The translations under genes and the position numbers were made by a program. The notes under the pieces are model-generated. The model had not been told where the DNA came from and ran no database searches. It saw only the letters and a list, made by a program, of their open reading frames with translations. A stretch of 64,000 nt of DNA, taken from assembly GCA_050084985.1 (NCBI GenBank), contig JBITNC010000001.1, positions 49,290,001 through 49,354,000 of the forward strand, written 5' to 3'. Source of the stretch: Nageia nagi. Its lineage: Eukaryota > Plantae > Pinophyta. Positions 61,719 through 64,000 of this stretch are shown one piece after another (position 1 is the stretch's first letter; every line of letters starts with the position of its first letter).

Positions 61719-62748
61719 TACAATTGCCCAGACGTCAGGCCTAGGGCATCAAACACCACGCATACAAACCCTCAAGTGCCAACTTTAGGGTTAGACTATG
61801 CAATACACCTCACAAGAATGGAAATATGCCAACGTCTAGCAATTACAAGTAGATAGCAATGAACACAAGCTCACAATGCCAACGTCTGGCCCAAACACAC
61901 ATTATCCGATCAACAATACATCATAATGCCAACACATGATAAACACAAGCATACACTACAATAATGATACAACTCATGCATAAGATGAGTCAACACAACA
62001 CAAACATGAGATCCAAATGCCCTCTGGCTATACAAATGATATAGAATGATGATGTATACAATACCAAGCCCTAAGGGGCAATGGTTGGCCTCCAAGGAGC
62101 CAACTAGAGTACAATGATGACTATCCTCAAATACTGGCAGTATCACAGAACCATGGGACATAAATGCTCCCTCAAAACTCAAATCCTCTCCACTAAAGGA
62201 GCCTTGCTTTGATCTTGGAAATCCAATTGAATGGTAGAAGCAAATCCTCATAATGCCATCGGATGGGCAAAGGTGCTACAACAATGCCGTAGATAGACAG
62301 AATCCCTCATTCTAAATGCCCTCTAGACGTTGCACCTAGGAAAGGTTGCTTAGCATTGCTAAGACTTGATGTTCGATGGATTGTAGAAGTAATAATCAGT
62401 AGTCATCCAGTAATGAAGCTCCAGTGTCTATTTATACATTATCTTCTGTCCGGATCTCACCTAGGAGTCAACCTAGGCCCATCTAATCCAACGTTGGGCT
62501 TTTGGGGGGCTCAACTTACCTAACGTGGGTGCCTAAAGGTTAGACATGCCACGTGGGGGGCCTATGATCATTAAGTGCCTAATCTAATACTTAGGAGGGA
62601 GACGTCCCTCTTGGGGCTCACAGTGGGGTCCATTGACCCATTAATTCTCCTATCCTAAGTTACAACAATACAAATACAAGTACATGAATAAAGTATTAGT
62701 ACAAAAGTGACCAATTTGGTCCCACTAAATGAACAAGTGGGACATCAC
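61719..62748 (-). mobile_element. Solo LTR related to 30587-31764
   Basis: Shared CTTGGGGCTCACAGTGGGGTCCATTGAC, CCATCGGATGGG and GGAGCCAACTAG blocks; ends GGGACATCACA. Confidence 0.75.
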
Positions 62749-64000
62749 AATCATCTACGAGCATTTGGAGTAAGTCAACAAACCTAATATTCCACACTTG
62801 CTAAAGCGTGAAGGTAAGTAGTCTTGAGCCATATTAAGTTTAATGTTCAAAGTCTTTTGATTAAGATAGCACCCTTTCCAGCACAAGTCTTTGATCTTGT
62901 CTTCCTCCACACTTGCACCAAGGCACTCCATGTGCATGCCTCCTAGGCACCAATCCACCACAAGACGAGTGTGTCTTCCTCCACACCTACGCCAAGCCTA
63001 CCTTTCCTTATGCGTATCATTCCCAAGCACAAGTCCACCCCAAGACACAGAGCTTTTCTCCCCAAAGCATGAATCAGCCCCATAATGGTTAAACACACAC
63101 CTCCCTAATGCAAATTCACCATGAGACAACAAGTTTATCGCCCTTCACACTTGCGCCAAGGCTCCCTTCCCTCCTGCACATGCTTCCTGGGCACAAACTT
63201 CCTCTTAGGCACGGAGTTAGAGCCTCTAAGAACTTGCAAAGTCCTTCCTTGTTGTCTACGTGCCACGAGTCATGAAGCCCATCCCTAGCACAAGATCCCA
63301 TTGAATTGGCTAAATCCGAAAAAGATCCATTGCCTAAAGCTCATGTCAAGAGTGGCCTCACAAACATTAGGGATACAAATTGGCAAACACAAATTCTATC
63401 AAGATGTTGGAGAAGATAGTCCAAATTTCAAATGAGAGCTTATCCACTAACTTAAACTATCACTCCGAATTAGTCAAAGCAGCAGTTGTGCCATTTGTAG
63501 TCCTGTTTCCAAAGTTGTGTTACAAGGTAGCTTAGCAATGTGATGTGAGAGCAAGAACCCTCCGTGATAGTAATGATGACATCATTATGAGGTTCACTTC
63601 TAAAGGTGTAGAGGATGCATTTGGATGGGAAGGAGACAATATAGAATGCATGGAGGAAGACTCCATAGTCTTCTATGGGTTGTTGAAAGGACAAGGCAAC
63701 ATGATCTAAGAATGGCTTCATCCAGATGTAAGGGAACTCAAAGGGAATGCCTTGTTGAATGCTAAGAGAATAGATTTCCATCCTACAGTATCCAAACTGA
63801 TCTTTTTGTTATCAAGAGTATTAGGCAAAGAAGATGATTTCAAGTTTAGAAAAAACAAATTCACTTTTAGATATTTGATTGGGTGAGGAAAGAAAATAAG
63901 GTGGGGACTAACAATTGACGAAGCTTTGAAGAACCAAATATCGTCGATTGAGACAAATCAGAAGTTCTATATGAACTCATGCCTGGTATACTTGCTCTTA

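Noticed and set aside
63470-63781. 103-aa ORF near the right edge as an upstream UBP12 exon
   Set aside because: No UBP12 or recognisable TE motif; the expected upstream exons were not found in 59.7-64 kb.

Overview
AT-rich, repeat-dominated plant nuclear DNA. Giant LTR-filled introns and the element types point to a gymnosperm/conifer-type genome (inference). The only host gene is a diverged USP7-family ubiquitin-specific protease (UBP12/UBP13-like) on the minus strand. Fifteen C-terminal (UBL-region) exons splice into one open frame from ~35.0 kb down to 93, across large introns of 8.9, 7.8 and 14 kb. A second copy of two of those exons lies upstream at 59.3-59.6 kb, 24 kb above the first of the fifteen, which suggests a tandem duplication of the UBL1-UBL2 module. 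The introns hold: an LTR element carrying an intronless PDS5 N-terminal domain where gag should be; a very young Ty1/copia element (TSD GACAA, near-identical LTRs, 2.7-kb leader with an apparent intron) nested in an old gypsy gag-protease; a gag-only TR-GAG-like element; a tRNA-Asn-primed Tat-like LTR family with 183-bp internal arrays; an 8-kb unit with inverted LTR-like termini and one long decayed ORF; and several truncated LTRs plus a hAT remnant. All homology calls come from recalled family motifs, not from database searches.
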